Below, one piece after another: positions 61,629 to 64,000 of a stretch of DNA of 64,000 nucleotides. Position numbers and translations under genes: made by a program. Below the pieces are notes generated by a model. That model was given only the letters and a program-made list of their open reading frames with translations, was not told the DNA's origin and searched no databases. The DNA lies in NCBI GenBank assembly GCA_038831135.1, contig JAWBKW010000007.1, forward strand, positions 2,969 to 66,968. Direction: 5' to 3'. Origin of the DNA: Sulfolobales archaeon. GTDB taxonomy: Archaea > Thermoproteota > Thermoprotei_A > Sulfolobales > NBVN01. The first letter of the stretch is position 1; every line of letters starts with the position of its first letter.

Positions 61629-62240
61629 TTAATTAAAGTTCTTAGGTGTTTTTGATAATAAAACCAGTAATTCATTAATAAAGGTATCTCTTTCTATCCC
61701 TATCTCCTCCACTACCTTATTCAACGAATTTTCATTCAAGGTCAAACCCTTCGATTTTATAATATTTCTAAGGACTTCCGCATACTCCCAAGGGAATATT
61801 ATCCACGAATCTGTTTCAGCAACGTAAAAATCAGGTACTACTATGGTGGTTGGTTTAATATAGATGGATGAGGTTTTAATTTCTTTAGGACCGTACAGCT
61901 GCAGTAATTCAATAGCTATCTGTAGCGTCTTACCACTATCAGCTACATCATCAACTATTAGGATTTTTTTCTCATTTACATCAGCAGTTAGCGGGTGTGT
62001 TATAATTGGTTTTTCATGATGTTCACCAATTCCTTTATAAAACTTAACACCAACAGCTTCCACCGAATTAATTCCTAGGAAGTCACTGAGTAACCTAGCA
62101 ACGATCCAACCACCTCTTAGTATACCCACGATAATATCTGGAGTGAAAGAGCTGTCAATGATTTTATGAGCTAATCTCAGCGATAGTAGTGTTATATCTT
62201 TCCATGAAACAGGTAAAAACTTCCCTGACACTAACCTCAC
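61629..62240 (-). CDS. Phosphoribosyltransferase (purine PRTase-like), paralog of 30472..31095
   Basis: PRPP loop ILIVDDVADSGKT. Shares the N-terminal VSWKD motif and C-terminal IFPWE motif with the paralog. Confidence 0.75.
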   Translation of the reverse strand: MRLVSGKFLPVSWKDITLLSLRLAHKIIDSSFTPDIIVGILRGGWIVARLLSDFLGINSVEAVGVKFYKGIGEHHEKPIITHPLTADVNEKKILIVDDVADSGKTLQIAIELLQLYGPKEIKTSSIYIKPTTIVVPDFYVAETDSWIIFPWEYAEVLRNIIKSKGLTLNENSLNKVVEEIGIERDTFINELLVLLSKTPKNFN

Positions 62241-62318
62241 CTCTGTATTATTAATCTTAGATTCTTAAATGAATAAATGCCTAATTAGTTAACTTTATAT
62301 ATCAGGCATCATAACATT

Positions 62319-63353
62319 TTGAGGGATATTACGCCTGTAACTGTGGTGGTTGGAGGATTTTTCGGGGATGAAGGTAAAGGTAAAGTAGTAGGCTACTTAG
62401 GTTTTAATGATAAACCGGCAATTGCTGTCAGAACTGGTAGTATTAACGCAGGGCATACTGTTAGCTTTAGCGGTAAGGTCTGGAAGTTGAGAGTGGTGCC
62501 TTCGGCCTTCCTATATAGGTCTTGTAGGCTTTATGTACCTGCAGGTGCATTAATAAGTATTCAAGTATTCCTGAAGGAAGTTTCAGAAACAGAATGCGGT
62601 GATAGAATATTTCTGGACTATAATACAGGAATTATTACAGAAGAGCATGTTATGAGGGAAAATGTTGATGAGTTAATGAAGCATATAGGGAGTACCAAAC
62701 AAGGAGTAGGTGCAGCAAATTCCGATAGGATTATGAGGAGACTTAAGCTAGCTAAGGACTATGAGGCGTTGAAGGGTTATTTAAGAGATGTTGCTTTGGA
62801 AGTCAACGAATACGTAGATAAAGGGGAATACGTTTTAGTTGAGGGGACCCAAGGTTTTTATCTTAGTCTATATTTTGGTACCTACCCGTTCGTAACTAGT
62901 AGAGACACATCAGCATCAGGTGTTTTAAGCGAAGCGGGTATAGGACCTAAGAAAGTTGATGACGTTTTAGTGGTATTTAAATCATACGTTACTAGAGTTG
63001 GTGAAGGTCCTCTACCTCAGGAATTAAATACTGAAGATGTTGAGAGGTTAGGCCTCGTAGAGCGGGCCTCTGTCACGGGAAGGATTAGAAGAGCTGCGCC
63101 ATTCAACATAGAACTTGCCAAAAAGGCAGTGATTATAAATTCAGCAACTCAGGTAGCTCTCACCAAAATTGATGTATTATTTAAGGACGCATATAACGTT
63201 AGAGAGTGGTGGAAACTACCTCTTAGTGCTAGAGTGTGGATTGAGGAAATCGAAAATGTTCTTAAAGTACCGATCACTTTAATAGGAACTGGTGAAGATG
63301 TAACGGCAATCATAGATAGAAGGAAAGAAATTTTCGGATCTATGAGGAGGTGA
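62319..63353 (+). CDS. purA: Adenylosuccinate synthetase (short archaeal form)
   Basis: Contains [19 protein letters not shown] and GTTKQG-like GSTKQGVG motifs. TTG start. Confidence 0.88.
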   Translation: MRDITPVTVVVGGFFGDEGKGKVVGYLGFNDKPAIAVRTGSINAGHTVSFSGKVWKLRVVPSAFLYRSCRLYVPAGALISIQVFLKEVSETECGDRIFLDYNTGIITEEHVMRENVDELMKHIGSTKQGVGAANSDRIMRRLKLAKDYEALKGYLRDVALEVNEYVDKGEYVLVEGTQGFYLSLYFGTYPFVTSRDTSASGVLSEAGIGPKKVDDVLVVFKSYVTRVGEGPLPQELNTEDVERLGLVERASVTGRIRRAAPFNIELAKKAVIINSATQVALTKIDVLFKDAYNVREWWKLPLSARVWIEEIENVLKVPITLIGTGEDVTAIIDRRKEIFGSMRR

Positions 63354-63361
63354 TTATAAAT

Positions 63362-64000
63362 ATGACGAAGTTTGATATAGCTATAGTTGGTGCAGGACCT
63401 GCAGGTCTCTTCTCAGCTTACGAGTTAGTTACTAAAGGAGGCAGCGATTTCAGTATCGCGTTAATAGATAAAGGACCTAAGGCCTCTATGAGGAAGTGCC
63501 CCTTAATACTTACCGGGAAGTGCATGTTTTGCAGACCTTGCTTAGTGTTAAACGGTATTGGAGGAGCCGGTGCTTTAAGTAGTTTCCTCATAAATTTAAG
63601 GCCTGATATAGGTGGCGAGCTTCATGAATTAGTTGGTAATTGGGATGAGGCATACGAATTAATTAAATATATTGATAATGTTGTTGTTGGCTTCAGCGAC
63701 GCTACGAAATTATACCTACCTAATAATGAGATGGTAGAGGTTTTAGAGAAGAGGTCTATAAAGGCTGGAGCTACCTTTGTATCGATTCCTCAAAGACATA
63801 TAGGTAGTGAGAAAGCTGTTACTGTTCTCGAGAATTTCACTAAATACCTTGAAGGGAGGGGGGTTAGGATACTAACTAATACAGAAGTCACCGATATTAG
63901 GAGTGATGGTCACGGATTTATATTAAAGACAAGCAGTGGTGACATTAGTTGCAATTACCTAATATTAGCTACTGGTAGGTCAGGAGCTGATTGGTTTTCA
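63362..64000 (+). CDS. FAD-dependent oxidoreductase (COG2509-like), 3' end outside window
   Basis: Own translation: MTKFDIAIVGAGPAGLFSAYELV...CPLILTGKCMFCRPC...GIGGAGA. GGAGGTGAT lies 7 nt upstream of the ATG. The frame is open to the window end. Confidence 0.7.
   Translation, partial: MTKFDIAIVGAGPAGLFSAYELVTKGGSDFSIALIDKGPKASMRKCPLILTGKCMFCRPCLVLNGIGGAGALSSFLINLRPDIGGELHELVGNWDEAYELIKYIDNVVVGFSDATKLYLPNNEMVEVLEKRSIKAGATFVSIPQRHIGSEKAVTVLENFTKYLEGRGVRILTNTEVTDIRSDGHGFILKTSSGDISCNYLILATGRSGADWFS

Overview
AT-rich (about 37% GC by eye), densely packed archaeal chromosome, with a crenarchaeal/TACK-like hyperthermophile gene set. Supporting genes are archaeal-type GAPDH, split transketolase, NAC, aCPSF2, a TIP49/RuvB-like ATPase, a PAC2 chaperone, superoxide reductase instead of SOD, and GGTGAT-type Shine-Dalgarno motifs. 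I cannot name the species from sequence alone. Content runs left to right. (1) gap, a LarA-like gene and a TctCBA tripartite transporter. (2) MBL hydrolase, aCPSF2, NAC, an HTH regulator and split transketolase. (3) A branched-chain amino acid cluster (leuC-leuD-leuA-ilvB-ilvN-ilvC, with convergent ilvD), plus NUDIX, Lrp/AsnC and SOR. (4) A circularly permuted GTPase, TatD, and a translationally coupled MoxR/RavA-like ATPase and VWA pair; the ATPase P-loop is interrupted by a 377-aa LAGLIDADG intein. (5) tRNA-Pro(UGG) with two orphan genes, one of them an RHH protein. (6) Aminotransferase, nitroreductase, PRTase, a thioredoxin-like protein and a dUTPase-family gene. (7) A MacB/FtsX-type ABC module enclosing a 979-aa multi-CARDB surface protein. 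(8) Assorted housekeeping genes (HAD, PAC2, HD, CoA-transferase III, BioY, M28, YjbQ, PadR, inositol-1-P synthase, TIP49). (9) A glycogen island (unknown 495-aa protein, glgA, NDP-sugar transferase, GH57, glgP). (10) A solo Cas4-like nuclease, GNAT, an M20 peptidase, Cys-type formate dehydrogenase (alpha plus ferredoxin subunit), a second PRTase, purA and a partial FAD protein. I saw no CRISPR array, rRNA, transposase or integrase. The most unusual directly visible signal concerns start codons. At least six well-conserved genes have recognisable N-terminal domains upstream of the first in-frame ATG/GTG/TTG. In three of them a near-cognate codon (ATA, ATC or ACG) lies 5 nt after a GGTGA-type SD. 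In three others an out-of-frame ATG sits where the start is expected. All calls rest on reading translated motifs. No database search or alignment was run.
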